Of a stretch of DNA of 64,000 bases, positions 49,823-60,863 are shown in pieces (the first letter of the stretch is position 1; every line of letters starts with the position of its first letter). The stretch spans positions 992,001 through 1,056,000 of the forward strand of contig OZ241892.1 of the NCBI GenBank assembly GCA_965203485.1, written 5' to 3'. Source of the stretch: Longimicrobiales bacterium (GTDB lineage: Bacteria; Gemmatimonadota; Gemmatimonadetes; Longimicrobiales; Gaopeijiaceae). The translations under genes were made by a program, and so were the position numbers. Under the pieces are notes generated by a model, which was not told the origin of the DNA, did not search any database, and saw only the letters and a list, made by a program, of their open reading frames with translations.

Positions 49823-51373
49823 TTGACCGGCGCGGGCGCTTTCGAACGGCTGGAAGCCCTCGGGCGCAAGGCGGCTCTGGGCGGCGGCGAGGACCGCAAC
49901 CAAGCGCAGCGCGCCCGGGGCAAGCTGCTGGCGCGCGAGCGGCTGGACCTTCTCCTCGACGAGGGCTCCTTCGTGGAGATGGACCGCTTCGTGACGCACC
50001 GGTCGCGCGACTTCGGACTGGACGCGCGCAAGTTCTTGGGCGACGGCGTGGTCACCGGGTACGGGACGATCCGCGGCCGCCCGGCGTACGTGTTTTCGCA
50101 GGACTTCACGGTGCTGGGCGGGTCGCTGGGCGAAGCGCACGCCCAGAAGATCGTCAAGGTGCAGGAGATGGCGCTCAAGAACGGCGCGCCGCTGATCGGG
50201 CTCAACGACTCGGGCGGAGCTCGCATTCAGGAAGGCGTGGTGTCGCTGGGCGGCTACGCCGACATCTTCCTGCGCAACACGCTGGCGTCGGGCGTGGTCC
50301 CGCAGGTCAGCGTCGTCCTCGGACCCTGCGCCGGCGGCGCCGTGTATTCCCCGGCGATCACCGACTGGGTCTACATGGTGCGCGGCACCAGCTACATGTT
50401 CGTGACCGGCCCCGACGTGGTGAAGGCCGTCACGCACGAGAGCGTGGACATGGAGAGCCTTGGGGGGGCCGACGTTCACGCGGAGCGGTCGGGAGTCGCG
50501 CACTTCGTCCACGACACGGAGGCGGAATGCCTGGCCGCGGTCCGGGGCCTGTTCCGGTTCATTCCGCAGAACAACGCCGAGACGCCTCCGCCGGGCCCCG
50601 GCGCCGACCCGCGCGACCGCCGCGAGGACGCCCTGGCGACCATGGCGCCCGACAACCCCAACCTCCCGTACGACATGCTGGACGTGGTCCGCGCGGTCGT
50701 CGACGACGGCGACTTCTACGAGGTGCACGCTCGCTTCGCGCCCAACCTGGTGACCGGATTCGCGCACCTGGGCGGCCGTTCGGTGGGGGTGGTCGCGAAC
50801 CAGCCGGCGGTGCTGGCGGGCGCGCTCGACATCGACTCGTCCGTCAAGGGCGCCCGCTTCGTCCGCTTCTGCGACGCCTTCAACATTCCCTTGGTCGTGT
50901 TCGAGGACGTGCCCGGCTTCCTGCCCGGCGTGGACCAGGAGCACGGCGGCATCATCCGGCACGGCGCCAAGCTCCTCTACGCCTTCAGCGAGGCCACCGT
51001 GCCCAAGGTCACCGTCATCACCCGCAAGGCGTACGGAGGCGCCTACGACGTGATGAACTCGAAGCACGTCCGCGGCGACGTGAACCTCGCATGGCCGGGC
51101 GCGGAGATCGCGGTGATGGGGCCGAAGGGGGCGGTCGAGGTCCTGTTTCGCAGGGAAATCGCCGGCGCCGACGATCCCGGGGCCGTGGCCGAGGCGAAGA
51201 TGGCCGAGTACCGCGAGGCGTTCGCGCACCCCTACGTGGCCGCGTCCCGAGGATACGTGGACGACGTGATCGACCCTCGCGACACGCGGCCCAGGCTCGC
51301 GAGCGCGCTCGACATGCTCGCCGACAAGCGGGACGCGAATCCCCCCAAGAAGCACGGCAACGTCCCCCTCTGA
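49823..51373 (+). CDS. pccB: acyl-CoA (propionyl-CoA) carboxylase carboxyltransferase subunit
   Basis: [43 protein letters not shown]. Confidence 0.92.
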   Translation: MTGAGAFERLEALGRKAALGGGEDRNQAQRARGKLLARERLDLLLDEGSFVEMDRFVTHRSRDFGLDARKFLGDGVVTGYGTIRGRPAYVFSQDFTVLGGSLGEAHAQKIVKVQEMALKNGAPLIGLNDSGGARIQEGVVSLGGYADIFLRNTLASGVVPQVSVVLGPCAGGAVYSPAITDWVYMVRGTSYMFVTGPDVVKAVTHESVDMESLGGADVHAERSGVAHFVHDTEAECLAAVRGLFRFIPQNNAETPPPGPGADPRDRREDALATMAPDNPNLPYDMLDVVRAVVDDGDFYEVHARFAPNLVTGFAHLGGRSVGVVANQPAVLAGALDIDSSVKGARFVRFCDAFNIPLVVFEDVPGFLPGVDQEHGGIIRHGAKLLYAFSEATVPKVTVITRKAYGGAYDVMNSKHVRGDVNLAWPGAEIAVMGPKGAVEVLFRREIAGADDPGAVAEAKMAEYREAFAHPYVAASRGYVDDVIDPRDTRPRLASALDMLADKRDANPPKKHGNVPL

Positions 51374-51568
51374 GTGCGCCGCGAAGGCGGTGCGGGCAAC
51401 CCTCGCGCGTTCTCGGCGCGTCCCATTTCCGAAAGGTCTTTCGGCGGCGGATCTTCCGCCGGAGCGGAGTTCCCGGCGGGGCGAACGGCCGAGACCAGGT
51501 TGCGCCCCGGGCGCCGGCAGCGCTGCTGGGCGAACGACGATTCGGACAACGGGGAAGGGACTGGAAGA

Positions 51569-52522
51569 ATGATCAAGACACCGATGGCACGGCTGGCGCT
51601 GGGGGCGGTCGGACTGGCGATGACGGGTTCGGCTTCGGCGGGCGCGGTCCAGCGCCACCCGCGCCTGCCCGAGATGGACATGCACGTGAAGGCGCCGGCG
51701 ATCCTGGACGCCGTGGGGCACGCGCATTTCGAATTCGGCATCTACGTGGACTGGGGCTGGGACGTCGATGCGCGCATCGACGACGGTGTGCGCATCGCGA
51801 TGGTCGTTGGTGGAGGGCCGGCCGAGGACGCGGGACTGCGCGCAGGCGACGTCGTCGTTTCGGTGGCGGGCCGCGACTTGGCGGAACCGCTGGACGACGA
51901 GACGGAGAGCGAGTTCGAGTCCAATGGGTCGCTGGCCGCGCAGAGGTTCGTGGCCGTATTGGGCGACTTGGAAATCGAAGAGGGAAGCGAATTCGAGTTC
52001 GAGGTGATCCGCGACGGCGAAACGCGAACGTTTCAGGTCGCGCCGCGGAGGCGGACGGCCCTCCTTCGCAGAGACCTTCGCGAGCCCATCGAGCGGTTGC
52101 GGGTTCGTCTGGAGCAGATGCACCACGACGAAGGACGATTTCGCGAGGGCCTCGACCGCCTCAGGGAGGGCTTCGAGCGGATGCGCCTGGACACGGTGGT
52201 GTTGCCGTCCCCGAGCCGGGAGCTCGTCGTGCGATGGGGGGGCAGGTGGAGGACGTGGGACTCCGGCCTCGACTTGGTGGACCTCAACCCGGATCTCGGC
52301 GCCTACTTCGGCGCGTCCACCGGCGTGCTGGTCGCCGAAGCCGACGCCGACTCCTGGACCGGACTGCGCGGAGGAGACGTCGTGACGCACGTGGACGGGC
52401 GGGCGGTGGAAGGCGTCGCCAAGCTGCGCCGGATCCTGCGCTCCTACGACGAGGGCGAGCAGGTCCGCTTCCGCATTCGCCGCGACGGCGAGGAGACCAC
52501 GGTCTCGGCCAACATGAAGTAG
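51569..52522 (+). CDS. secreted tandem PDZ-domain protein
   Basis: Signal peptide; GPAEDAGLRAGDVVVSV and GLRGGDVVTHVDG. Confidence 0.8.
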   Translation: MIKTPMARLALGAVGLAMTGSASAGAVQRHPRLPEMDMHVKAPAILDAVGHAHFEFGIYVDWGWDVDARIDDGVRIAMVVGGGPAEDAGLRAGDVVVSVAGRDLAEPLDDETESEFESNGSLAAQRFVAVLGDLEIEEGSEFEFEVIRDGETRTFQVAPRRRTALLRRDLREPIERLRVRLEQMHHDEGRFREGLDRLREGFERMRLDTVVLPSPSRELVVRWGGRWRTWDSGLDLVDLNPDLGAYFGASTGVLVAEADADSWTGLRGGDVVTHVDGRAVEGVAKLRRILRSYDEGEQVRFRIRRDGEETTVSANMK

Positions 52523-52663
52523 CTTTGCGGAGGGAGGGGCCGTCGTCGCGCTGGGCGGGCCGGACGCTCCCTGCGCGCGGCGGCGGCTTTTCCTGATCCG
52601 GGAGGAGCGGTCGCCGCCTGCACGCTCCGCCAGTCCATCGCCGGCTCCCCGGAGGCGCCGCGC

Positions 52664-54151
52664 TTGATCCAGTCCGTGCTGGTCGCGAACCGGGGCGAGA
52701 TCGCCGTCCGCGTGATCCGAACCGCCCGCGAGCTGGGCATCAAGTCCGTGGCCGTCTTCTCGGAGGCCGACCGCGCGGCTCCGCACGTGGCGCTCGCCGA
52801 CGAGGCGCATGCCATCGGCCCGGCCCCGGCCTCGCAGAGCTATCTCGACGTGCGCCGGGTGATCGCGGCGGCTCGGCGCGCGAAGGTGGACGCGGTCCAT
52901 CCCGGCTACGGCTTCCTGGCCGAGCGGGGCGACTTCGCGGAGGCCGTGGCTCGCGCGGGGATGGCGTTCGTGGGCCCGCGGCCCGACACGATCCGCGCCA
53001 TGGGCGACAAGACGGCTGCCCGCGAGCGCATGAAGGCGGCCGGCGTGCCGGTCGTGCCGGGCACGGCCGAACCGGCCGCCTCGGGTTCGGCGGCGCTGCG
53101 CGCCGCGCGGGCGGTGGGGTTTCCCGTCGTCCTCAAGGCGGCGGCCGGAGGCGGAGGAAGAGGGATGCGGGTCGTGAGCGGCCCCGGCGGCGTGCAGGAC
53201 GCCTTCGCGGCGGCCTCGCGCGAAGCCGAGGCGGCCTTCGGTGACGGACGCGTCTACGTGGAGGCGTTCCTGGAGCGCCCCCGCCACGTCGAGATCCAGG
53301 TGTTCGGCGACGCCCGCGGCTCCGTGGTGCACCTCTTCGAGCGCGAGTGCTCGATCCAGCGCCGCCACCAGAAGCTGGTCGAGGAGGCGCCGTCGCCCGC
53401 GCTCGGCCTCGAGGACCGCGAGCGCATGGGACGCGCCGCCGTCCGCGCCGCTCGGGCCGTGGACTACGTCGGCGCGGGCACGGTCGAGTTCCTCTGGCAC
53501 GAGGGCGCCTTCTACTTTCTCGAAATGAACACGCGCCTCCAGGTCGAGCACCCGGTCACGGAGATGGTGACGGGGATCGACTTGGTCGAGTGGCAGTTTC
53601 GCGTCGCGTCCGGCGAGCCCCTTCCGCTTCGCCAGCAGGAGATTCCGTTGCGCGGGCACGCGATCGAGTGCCGCGTCACGAGCGAATCGCCGTTCGACGG
53701 CCTTCTGCCCGCGGCCGGCGTGGTGGAGGACTTGCAGGCGCCGGGCGGCCCCGGCGTGCGCTGGGACGGCGGCGTCGCGCGCGGCGCCGAAGTCGGCCTC
53801 CACTACGACTCCCTCCTCGGCAAGCTCGTGGTGCATGCCCGCGACCGGACCGGGGCGGCGAGACGCATGAAGCGCGCCCTGCAGGAACTCGAGATCGCGG
53901 GCGTCGCGACGACCGCGCCCTTGCTGGCGCGGATCATGGACGAGCCGGACTTCCTGGCGGGCGCGCTGTCCACCGCGTACCTCGAAGACCATCCCGGCCT
54001 GTTCGATCCGGCCCTGCCGGCCGAGGACGAAGCGGAACTGGCGGCCGCCGCGGCCTTGCTGGAGCACGCAGCGCGGGCCGGAAGCGCGCCCGCCCCCGTT
54101 CGCCGCGAAGACCGGCGGCTCTCGGAGTGGCAAAGAGGGCTTGCGCGATGA
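52664..54151 (+). CDS. accC: biotin carboxylase subunit
   Basis: LVANRGEIAVR, HPGYGFLAE, GGGGRGMR, RECSIQRRHQK, EMNTRLQVEHPVTE. Confidence 0.93.
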   Translation: MIQSVLVANRGEIAVRVIRTARELGIKSVAVFSEADRAAPHVALADEAHAIGPAPASQSYLDVRRVIAAARRAKVDAVHPGYGFLAERGDFAEAVARAGMAFVGPRPDTIRAMGDKTAARERMKAAGVPVVPGTAEPAASGSAALRAARAVGFPVVLKAAAGGGGRGMRVVSGPGGVQDAFAAASREAEAAFGDGRVYVEAFLERPRHVEIQVFGDARGSVVHLFERECSIQRRHQKLVEEAPSPALGLEDRERMGRAAVRAARAVDYVGAGTVEFLWHEGAFYFLEMNTRLQVEHPVTEMVTGIDLVEWQFRVASGEPLPLRQQEIPLRGHAIECRVTSESPFDGLLPAAGVVEDLQAPGGPGVRWDGGVARGAEVGLHYDSLLGKLVVHARDRTGAARRMKRALQELEIAGVATTAPLLARIMDEPDFLAGALSTAYLEDHPGLFDPALPAEDEAELAAAAALLEHAARAGSAPAPVRREDRRLSEWQRGLAR

Positions 54152-54776
54152 CCGGACGCCGTCGGCCCCGCAGGCGCGAGCCGCCGGTCCTCGTCTTGCC
54201 GCAACCTCGGCCGGGCGCGTGACCGCGCGGCCCGCGGTTTCCGCGCGCTACCGGGTCGAGCTCCCCGGCGGCGTCCACGTCGTGGAGGTGGACGAGGGGC
54301 GCGTCCGGGTGGACGGGCGCGAGTTCGCGTGCGACCTCGCGGCGGTCGGCGGAGAGGCGGCCGGAGAGAGCGGGAGGGGCGGCGCGCGGTTCTCGCTCCT
54401 GGTCGACGGGCGGTCGCGCAGGATGACCGCCGCGCGCCGGGCGGACGGCCGCTGGGAACTGCTCTGGTCCGGGCGCGCGGTCGTGGCGGAGGTCTTGGGC
54501 GAGCGCGCCGCCAGGATGCGCGATCTCTCGGCCGCGACCCGGTCGGGCCCGCGCGCGGAGGCGGTCCGCGCGCCGATGCCGGGCCTCGTGGTACAGGTCG
54601 CGGTGAGCGTCGGCGACGAGGTGGCGGCGGGGGACCGGGTGGTCGTCGTGGAGGCCATGAAGATGGAGAACGAGTTGCGCGCCGCGGCCGCCGGGACGGT
54701 GGCGAAGGTGCTGGTCGAGGATGGCGCGGCCGTCGACAAGGGCGACGTCCTGGTCCAGTTCGAGGCGATGCCGTGA
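54141..54776 (+). CDS. biotin carboxyl carrier subunit (start uncertain, possibly 54219)
   Basis: APMPG...EAMKMENE biotinyl motif. Confidence 0.88.
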   Translation: MRDDRTPSAPQARAAGPRLAATSAGRVTARPAVSARYRVELPGGVHVVEVDEGRVRVDGREFACDLAAVGGEAAGESGRGGARFSLLVDGRSRRMTAARRADGRWELLWSGRAVVAEVLGERAARMRDLSAATRSGPRAEAVRAPMPGLVVQVAVSVGDEVAAGDRVVVVEAMKMENELRAAAAGTVAKVLVEDGAAVDKGDVLVQFEAMP

Positions 54777-56344
54777 GCCGGTCCGGCGGTCCCTCGTCCG
54801 CCGCGGGCCCTCGCCCTCGCGTCGCCCGCGATTGGCCGGAGGGCTTCTCCGTGGCCGAGGACCTGGGAGAACCCGGCGAGTTTCCCTTCACGCGCGGCGT
54901 CTACCCGTCCATGTACCGCGGCCGCGTCTGGACCATGCGGCAGTACGCCGGCTTCGGCACGGCGGACGAGACCAACCGGCGCTACCGCTTCCTGTTGGAG
55001 CGCGGCACGACCGGCTTGTCGGTGGCTTTCGACCTGCCCACCCAAATGGGACTCGACTCCGACGCGCCGCTCGCCGCCGGCGAAGTAGGCCGGGTCGGCG
55101 TCGCGATCGACTCCATCGCCGACATGCGCGCGCTCTTTCGGGACATCGCGCTGGACGCCGTCTCGTGCTCGATGACGATCAACGCCACCGCGCCCGTCCT
55201 GCTGGCCCTGTACGTCGCGCTGGCCGACGAACAGGGCGTCCCGCGCGAACGCCTCGCGGGCACCGTCCAGAACGACATCCTCAAGGAGTACGTGGCGCGC
55301 GGAACCTTCATCTATCCGGTCGGGCCCTCGCTGCGCCTGGCCGGCGACGTCATGGCGTTCTGCGCCCGCGAGCTGCCGCGCTGGAATCCCATATCCGTTT
55401 CCGGCTACCACATCCGCGAAGCGGGCTCGACCGCGGCCCAGGAGATCGGCTTCACCCTCGCCAACGGCCTCGAGTACGTCGGCCGGGCCCTGTCCCGCGG
55501 ACTGCGCGTCGAGGACTTCGCTCCCCGCGTCTCCTTCTTCTTCGCCGCGCACAACGACCTGTTCGAGGAAGTCGCCAAGTTCCGAGCCGCGCGGCGCATC
55601 TGGGCACGTCTCATGCGCGAGCGCTTTCAGGCGCCGGACCCCTGCTGCCGACTCCGCTTCCACGCTCAGACGGGCGGCTCCACGCTGACGGCCCAGCAAC
55701 CCATGAACAACGTCGTGCGCGTAGCCGTCCAGGCCCTCGCCGCCGCGCTCGGGGGCACGCAATCCCTTCATGCCAACGGCTACGACGAGGCCCTCGGGCT
55801 TCCGACCGCCGCCTCGGCCGCGCTGGCGTTGCGCACGCAGCAGATCCTCGCCGAAGAGTCCGGCGTGACCGCTTCGGCCGACCCGCTCGGCGGCAGCTTC
55901 CTCGTCGAGACCCTCACGCACCGTCTCGAAGCCGAAGCGCTCGGCATCATCGAGCGCGTGGCCGGGCTCGGGGGCGCCGCCGCCGCCATCGACCACATGC
56001 GCGACGAGATTCACCGAGCCGCCTACGAGTTCCAGCTCGCGGTAGAGTCCGGCGCGCGCGCGGTCGTCGGCGTGAACCGGCACGTGAGCGAGGACGCGCC
56101 CGACCCGCCGCACCGGCCCGACTATCGAACCATGGAGGCGCGCCAGAAGGCCGCGCTGGCCGCGCACCGGAGCCGCCGCGACGACGCCGCGGCCGCCATG
56201 CGCCTCGATCGGATTCGTCGCACCGCCTCGCGCGACGAGAACCTGCTCCCCGCCATGATCGCAGCAGTCAAGGCCGGAGCCACGCTGGGCGAGATCAGCG
56301 ACGAACTGCGAGCAGTCTGGGGAACGCGCGACGCTCCCGCCTGA
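54773..56344 (+). CDS. methylmalonyl-CoA mutase large (substrate-binding) subunit
   Basis: [19 protein letters not shown]; no B12-binding domain. Confidence 0.9.
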   Translation: MSRSGGPSSAAGPRPRVARDWPEGFSVAEDLGEPGEFPFTRGVYPSMYRGRVWTMRQYAGFGTADETNRRYRFLLERGTTGLSVAFDLPTQMGLDSDAPLAAGEVGRVGVAIDSIADMRALFRDIALDAVSCSMTINATAPVLLALYVALADEQGVPRERLAGTVQNDILKEYVARGTFIYPVGPSLRLAGDVMAFCARELPRWNPISVSGYHIREAGSTAAQEIGFTLANGLEYVGRALSRGLRVEDFAPRVSFFFAAHNDLFEEVAKFRAARRIWARLMRERFQAPDPCCRLRFHAQTGGSTLTAQQPMNNVVRVAVQALAAALGGTQSLHANGYDEALGLPTAASAALALRTQQILAEESGVTASADPLGGSFLVETLTHRLEAEALGIIERVAGLGGAAAAIDHMRDEIHRAAYEFQLAVESGARAVVGVNRHVSEDAPDPPHRPDYRTMEARQKAALAAHRSRRDDAAAAMRLDRIRRTASRDENLLPAMIAAVKAGATLGEISDELRAVWGTRDAPA

Positions 56345-56485
56345 CCCGGCGGCCGACAAAGCGACCCGCTGGGACGCCGTGGCTGGTCCGCGCGGGGAGC
56401 CCCGCGACCTGCGGGACTCCGTGTTATTTTGCGGATTGTCCGAGGTTCGCGTTCGGCCAAGACAGGGGGTCGCCCAAGCGTCGCG

Positions 56486-56989
56486 ATGCCGACCTACGAG
56501 TACCGGTGCTCCGAGTGCGGGCACACTTTCGACGTCTTTCAGAGGATGAGCGACGATCCGCGGGCCGAGTGCGGCGAATGCGGCAGTGCGGCCGAGCGGC
56601 TGATTTCCGGCGGGGGCGGCCTTCTCTTCAAGGGCGAGGGCTTCTACATCACCGACTACCGGTCCGAGAGCTACAAGAAGGCGGAACGCGAGGGGGCCGG
56701 CGAAGCGCCGTCGGCTCGAGGCGAGGCCGAAGCCGGCGGCGGCGCGCAGGCGGGCGGCGACGGAGGCTCGGGCCGAACCGAAGACGGCAAGCCGCGGACG
56801 GCCAAGCCGGACGCCGGGACGGCGCCGGACCCGGCCTCGACCGGATCGGGCGGGCGGGCGCGCGAGTCTCGCGGCCGCTCGCCTGCGCGGACCGGGCATT
56901 CCGGGCGGGCTCGGGAACGGCGCGGCGGCGGGTCCGGCGGCTCGGCCGAGAAGCCGCGGGATGCGAAGCGGGGTAGAGCGGGCAAATGA
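56486..56989 (+). CDS. FmdB-family zinc ribbon protein
   Basis: MPTYEYRCSECGH...CGECG...FKGEGFYITDY. Confidence 0.9.
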   Translation: MPTYEYRCSECGHTFDVFQRMSDDPRAECGECGSAAERLISGGGGLLFKGEGFYITDYRSESYKKAEREGAGEAPSARGEAEAGGGAQAGGDGGSGRTEDGKPRTAKPDAGTAPDPASTGSGGRARESRGRSPARTGHSGRARERRGGGSGGSAEKPRDAKRGRAGK

Positions 56990-58821
56990 GCGCGGGTCCG
57001 GCCGGGCGCATCGCGGCGGCGCTGGCCGGCGCGGCGGCGGAGCTGGGCGCTCCCGGCGTGCAGGTGCGCATGGAGCGCCCCCGCGACGACGGCCACGGAG
57101 ACTGGGCTTCGAACGTCGCCATGGTCCTGGCGTCGAAGTTGCGGCGTCCACCCCGGCGCCTGGCCGAGGACCTGCTGGCGCGGGCCGGGAAGATCGACGG
57201 CGTGGCCCGCGCGGAGGTGGCCGGACCCGGCTTCGTCAACTTCTTCCTCGACGCCGCGGCGGCGAGCGGCGGGCTGCGCCGGATCATCGAGCTGGACGAC
57301 CGCTACGGGTGCAGCGACGACGGAGGCGGGCACCCGGTCATGGTCGAGTTCGTCTCGGCCAACCCGACCGGCCCCTTGCATCTCGGCCACGGCCGCCAGG
57401 CCGCGCTGGGCGACGCCATCGCCAGGCTCTTCGAGTGGTCGGGCTGGAAGGCGCACCGCGAGTTCTACTTCAACGACGCCGGCCGCCAGATCGAACGCTT
57501 GGCCGAGAGCGTCCGCGCCCGCTACCAGCAGCTCCTGGGCCGGGACGAGCCGGTTCCCGCGGACGGCTACCACGGCGAATACGTGGCCGAGATCGCCCGC
57601 GCCTTCCGCCAGAAGAAAGGGGACCGGGTCCTCGACGACGGGCACGGGGCCGCGCTGGCCGCGATGCGCGCCTTCGCCGTGGCGCGCCTGCGGCGAGAGC
57701 ACGAGACGGGACTGGCCGCCTTCGGCGTGCGCTTCGACGAGTACTATCCCGAGACGAGCCTCTACTCGGCCGGACTCGTGGCCGAGACCATGCAGGCGCT
57801 CGAACGGACCGGCCTCACGTACCGGAAGGACGGAGCCTGCTGGCTCCGCACGACCCGCTTCGGCGACCAGAAGGACCGCGTCATGGTGAAGAGCGACGGA
57901 TCGCCCACCTACTTCCTTCCCGACGTGGCCTACCACATGACGAAGTGGGAGCGGGGCTTTCGCCGCGTGGTGAACGTCCAGGGCGCCGACCACCACAGCA
58001 CCGTGAGCCGCGTGCGCGCCGGCCTGCAGGCGTTGGGCCGTCCCGCCGGATATCCCGAGTACGTGCTGCACCAGATGGTCACGGTCGAGCGCGACGGCGA
58101 GGAGATCCGGTTCTCGAAGCGCGCGGGTTCGTACACCACGCTGGCCGAGCTCGTCGCGGAGGTCGGCGTCTCCGTGGCGCGCTACTTCTTCCTCATGCGG
58201 CGTCCCGAGGCCCACCTGGTCTTCGACCTGGACCTCGCGCTGGACCAGTCCGACAAGAACCCCGTGTACAAGGTTCAGTACGCGCACGCAAGGCTGTGCC
58301 GGTTGCTTGACCTGGGCGAGAACGACGGCCGCGACGTTTCCGGCGCGCGGGCCGACGCGGCGTTGCTGGCGGAACCCGCGGAACGCGACTTGGCGGGCCA
58401 GCTGAACGAGTTTCCGTCCGTCGTGCGCCGCGCCGCCGAGAGCCGCGCTCCCCAAGTCGTGTGCGCCTACTTGGAACGGACCGCCGGCCTCGTCAACTCC
58501 TGGTACCAAGCCGGGCACCCGTCGCGGGACCCCGGCAAGGCGGCGCTGGTCGACGACCCGACGCTCAGCGATGCCCGCCTGATGCTCGCCCGCGCCGCCC
58601 GCATCGTGCTCCGCAACGGACTGGACGTTCTGGGCGTGGAGGCGCCGAAGCGAATGCACCGGGTCGAGCCCGCCGCGACCGTGCTCCGCAACGGACCGGA
58701 CGTTCCGGGCGTGGAGGCCCCGGAGCGAACGCACACGGGAGAGCTCGTCGCGGAAGGATCCCGGCCGGCCCCGGCCGGCGCCGGCATGGCGGGACCCGGC
58801 GCGGCCGCGCCTTCCGGCTGA
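56986..58821 (+). CDS. argS: arginine--tRNA ligase
   Basis: EFVSANPTGPLHLGHGR, FSKRAG, VQYAHAR, GVEAPKRM. Confidence 0.96.
   Translation: MSAGPAGRIAAALAGAAAELGAPGVQVRMERPRDDGHGDWASNVAMVLASKLRRPPRRLAEDLLARAGKIDGVARAEVAGPGFVNFFLDAAAASGGLRRIIELDDRYGCSDDGGGHPVMVEFVSANPTGPLHLGHGRQAALGDAIARLFEWSGWKAHREFYFNDAGRQIERLAESVRARYQQLLGRDEPVPADGYHGEYVAEIARAFRQKKGDRVLDDGHGAALAAMRAFAVARLRREHETGLAAFGVRFDEYYPETSLYSAGLVAETMQALERTGLTYRKDGACWLRTTRFGDQKDRVMVKSDGSPTYFLPDVAYHMTKWERGFRRVVNVQGADHHSTVSRVRAGLQALGRPAGYPEYVLHQMVTVERDGEEIRFSKRAGSYTTLAELVAEVGVSVARYFFLMRRPEAHLVFDLDLALDQSDKNPVYKVQYAHARLCRLLDLGENDGRDVSGARADAALLAEPAERDLAGQLNEFPSVVRRAAESRAPQVVCAYLERTAGLVNSWYQAGHPSRDPGKAALVDDPTLSDARLMLARAARIVLRNGLDVLGVEAPKRMHRVEPAATVLRNGPDVPGVEAPERTHTGELVAEGSRPAPAGAGMAGPGAAAPSG
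58606..58734 (+). repeat. imperfect 54-bp direct repeat (75-bp period) of the argS 3' end
   Basis: VLRNGLDVLGVEAPKRMH / VLRNGPDVPGVEAPERTH. Confidence 0.85.
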
Positions 58822-58824
58822 GCC

Positions 58825-59802
58825 GTGTCCGTGCTCGTGGTGGGGAGCGTGGCGCTCGACACGGTGGAGACGCCCGCGGACCGGGCCGACCGCGTCGTCG
58901 GCGGATCGGCGGTGTTCTTCGCGTCGTCGGCGTCCTTGCTCGCGGACGTGCGGGTGGTGGGCGTCGTGGGCGAAGACTACCCGCTTGACCGGCTGGCGTT
59001 CCTCGCCGGCCGAGGCGTCTGCCTGCGGGGCGTAGCGCAGGCGCCGGGCGAGAGCTTCTTCTGGGCGGGCCGCTACAGCGCCGGCTTCGCTGCGCGCGAG
59101 AGCCTCGAGACGCGGCTCGGCGTCTTCGCCTCCTTCAGCCCCGACATGCCGGCCGCCTACCAGGACTCGGACGTTGTCTTCCTCGGCAACATCGATCCGG
59201 CGCTCCAGTTGCGCGTGCTCGACCAGATCGACGCGCCGGCGCTGGTCGCCGCCGACACGATGGACTTCTGGATCGAGGGTGCGCGGGACGCGCTCCTCGA
59301 AGTCGTGAGCCGCCTCGACGTGCTGTTCTGCAACGACGAGGAGGTGCGCGCTCTGGCGGGCGAGCCGAATCTCGCCGCTGCGGCCCGCTGGGTGCGGGCG
59401 CGCGGGCCGGACGCCGTCGTGGTCAAGAAGGGCGAGCACGGAGCCGTCGTCTTCTCGGAAGACTGGACGTTCTTCGTCGCCGGCTATCCTCTCGATGCGG
59501 TCGTGGATCCGACGGGCGCGGGCGACGCGTTCGCGGGCGGCTTCCTCGGCCGTCTCGCCGCCGCCGGCATTGGCGACAGAGAGGAATGGAAGCGCGCGGC
59601 CGCCACCGGCTCGGCCATGGGCGCGTTCGCCGCCGAAGCCTTTTCGGTGGACCGGTTTCGCGACCTGCGCCGGGTGGACGTGGATGCGCGGGTGCGTGAA
59701 CTGGCGAGGATGACGGAGTTCGAGCCCTCGCCCGCGCCGGTTCGACGCTGGCGGCGGGGCTGTCCGGACAGGGTTGTTTCTTCTTCGCCGACACCGGCAT
59801 GA
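58825..59802 (+). CDS. PfkB-family sugar/nucleoside kinase
   Basis: VGSVALD, GGSA, KKGEHG, DPTGAGDAFAGG. Confidence 0.92.
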   Translation: MSVLVVGSVALDTVETPADRADRVVGGSAVFFASSASLLADVRVVGVVGEDYPLDRLAFLAGRGVCLRGVAQAPGESFFWAGRYSAGFAARESLETRLGVFASFSPDMPAAYQDSDVVFLGNIDPALQLRVLDQIDAPALVAADTMDFWIEGARDALLEVVSRLDVLFCNDEEVRALAGEPNLAAAARWVRARGPDAVVVKKGEHGAVVFSEDWTFFVAGYPLDAVVDPTGAGDAFAGGFLGRLAAAGIGDREEWKRAAATGSAMGAFAAEAFSVDRFRDLRRVDVDARVRELARMTEFEPSPAPVRRWRRGCPDRVVSSSPTPA

Positions 59803-60863
59803 CGCTCGGCGCGCCGCCGGGCCCGGGCCGAGAGGCGCCGGCCTACAAGGCCGCGGGCGTGGACCTCGACGCGGCGGTGCGCGCCAAGCGCTCGTTCTCC
59901 GCGTTGCTGGACTCGACGCGCGACGCCCGCACACTGAGTGGCTTGGGCGCTTTCGGCGGCTGCTACGCTGTGCCCGGCGGCATGGCCGAGCCCGTCTTGG
60001 TGGCCAGCGCGGACGGAGTGGGAACCAAGCTCAAGGTGGCCTTCGCCGCGGGGCGGCACGATTCGGTGGGGCGCGACTTGGTGAACCACTGCGTCAACGA
60101 CGTCCTCGTGCAGGGGGCGCGTCCGCTCTTCTTCCTGGACTACCTGGCCGTCGGCGCGATGGACGAGCGCGTGCCTCGGGCAGTCGTCGAAGGGCTGGCG
60201 CGGGGATGCCGCGAGAACGCCTGCGTGCTGCTCGGCGGAGAGACGGCCGAGATGCCCGGCTTCTACGCCCCCGGCGAGTACGACTTGGCGGGCTTCGTCG
60301 TGGGCGCCGTGGACAGGCGGCAGCTCCTCGACGGCGCGGCCCTGCGCCCGGGCCACCGTCTCGTGGGCTTGGCGTCCGACGGCCTCCACACGAACGGCTA
60401 CACGCTGGCCCGGTCGATCGTGTTCGAGCGCATGGGGCTGGAGGCGGGCGACCCGTTTCCGGGCGAAGGCGGCGCTTCGGTGGCGGACGTGCTGCTGCGC
60501 GTGCACCGGTCCTATCTCGGCGTGGCCGCTCCCTTGCTCGACGCGGGCGCGCTGTCGGCCATGGTCCACGTTACCGGAGGCGGCATCGAAGGGAACCTGC
60601 CGCGGGTGTTGCCGGAGGGTCTCGGCGCCCGCGTGGACTGCGCCTCGTGGCGGGTTCCGGGCGTGTTCGAGACGCTGGCCGACGGCGGACGGGTGCGCGC
60701 GCGCGAGATGTACCGCGTCTTCAACATGGGCGTCGGCATGGTACTGGCCGCGCCGCCGGAGCGGGTGGGCGACGTGCTGGCCGCCGCCCCGGCCGGCGAG
60801 GCTTGGGAGATCGGAGACGTGGTGGAGGGCGAGGGCGTGGAAATGGCGGCCGTGCGGCAATGA
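59799..60863 (+). CDS. purM: phosphoribosylformylglycinamidine cyclo-ligase
   Basis: YKAAGVD, DGVGTK, GGETAEMP, HVTGGG, FNMGVG. Confidence 0.96.
   Translation: MTLGAPPGPGREAPAYKAAGVDLDAAVRAKRSFSALLDSTRDARTLSGLGAFGGCYAVPGGMAEPVLVASADGVGTKLKVAFAAGRHDSVGRDLVNHCVNDVLVQGARPLFFLDYLAVGAMDERVPRAVVEGLARGCRENACVLLGGETAEMPGFYAPGEYDLAGFVVGAVDRRQLLDGAALRPGHRLVGLASDGLHTNGYTLARSIVFERMGLEAGDPFPGEGGASVADVLLRVHRSYLGVAAPLLDAGALSAMVHVTGGGIEGNLPRVLPEGLGARVDCASWRVPGVFETLADGGRVRAREMYRVFNMGVGMVLAAPPERVGDVLAAAPAGEAWEIGDVVEGEGVEMAAVRQ

Noticed and set aside
49307..54133. 1608-aa minus-strand ORF and other very long antisense or alternate-frame ORFs (e.g. 56671-59934, 47161-50226, 18532-20658)
   Set aside because: Shadow ORFs of GC-rich genes; they overlap well-supported + strand genes and have no motifs.
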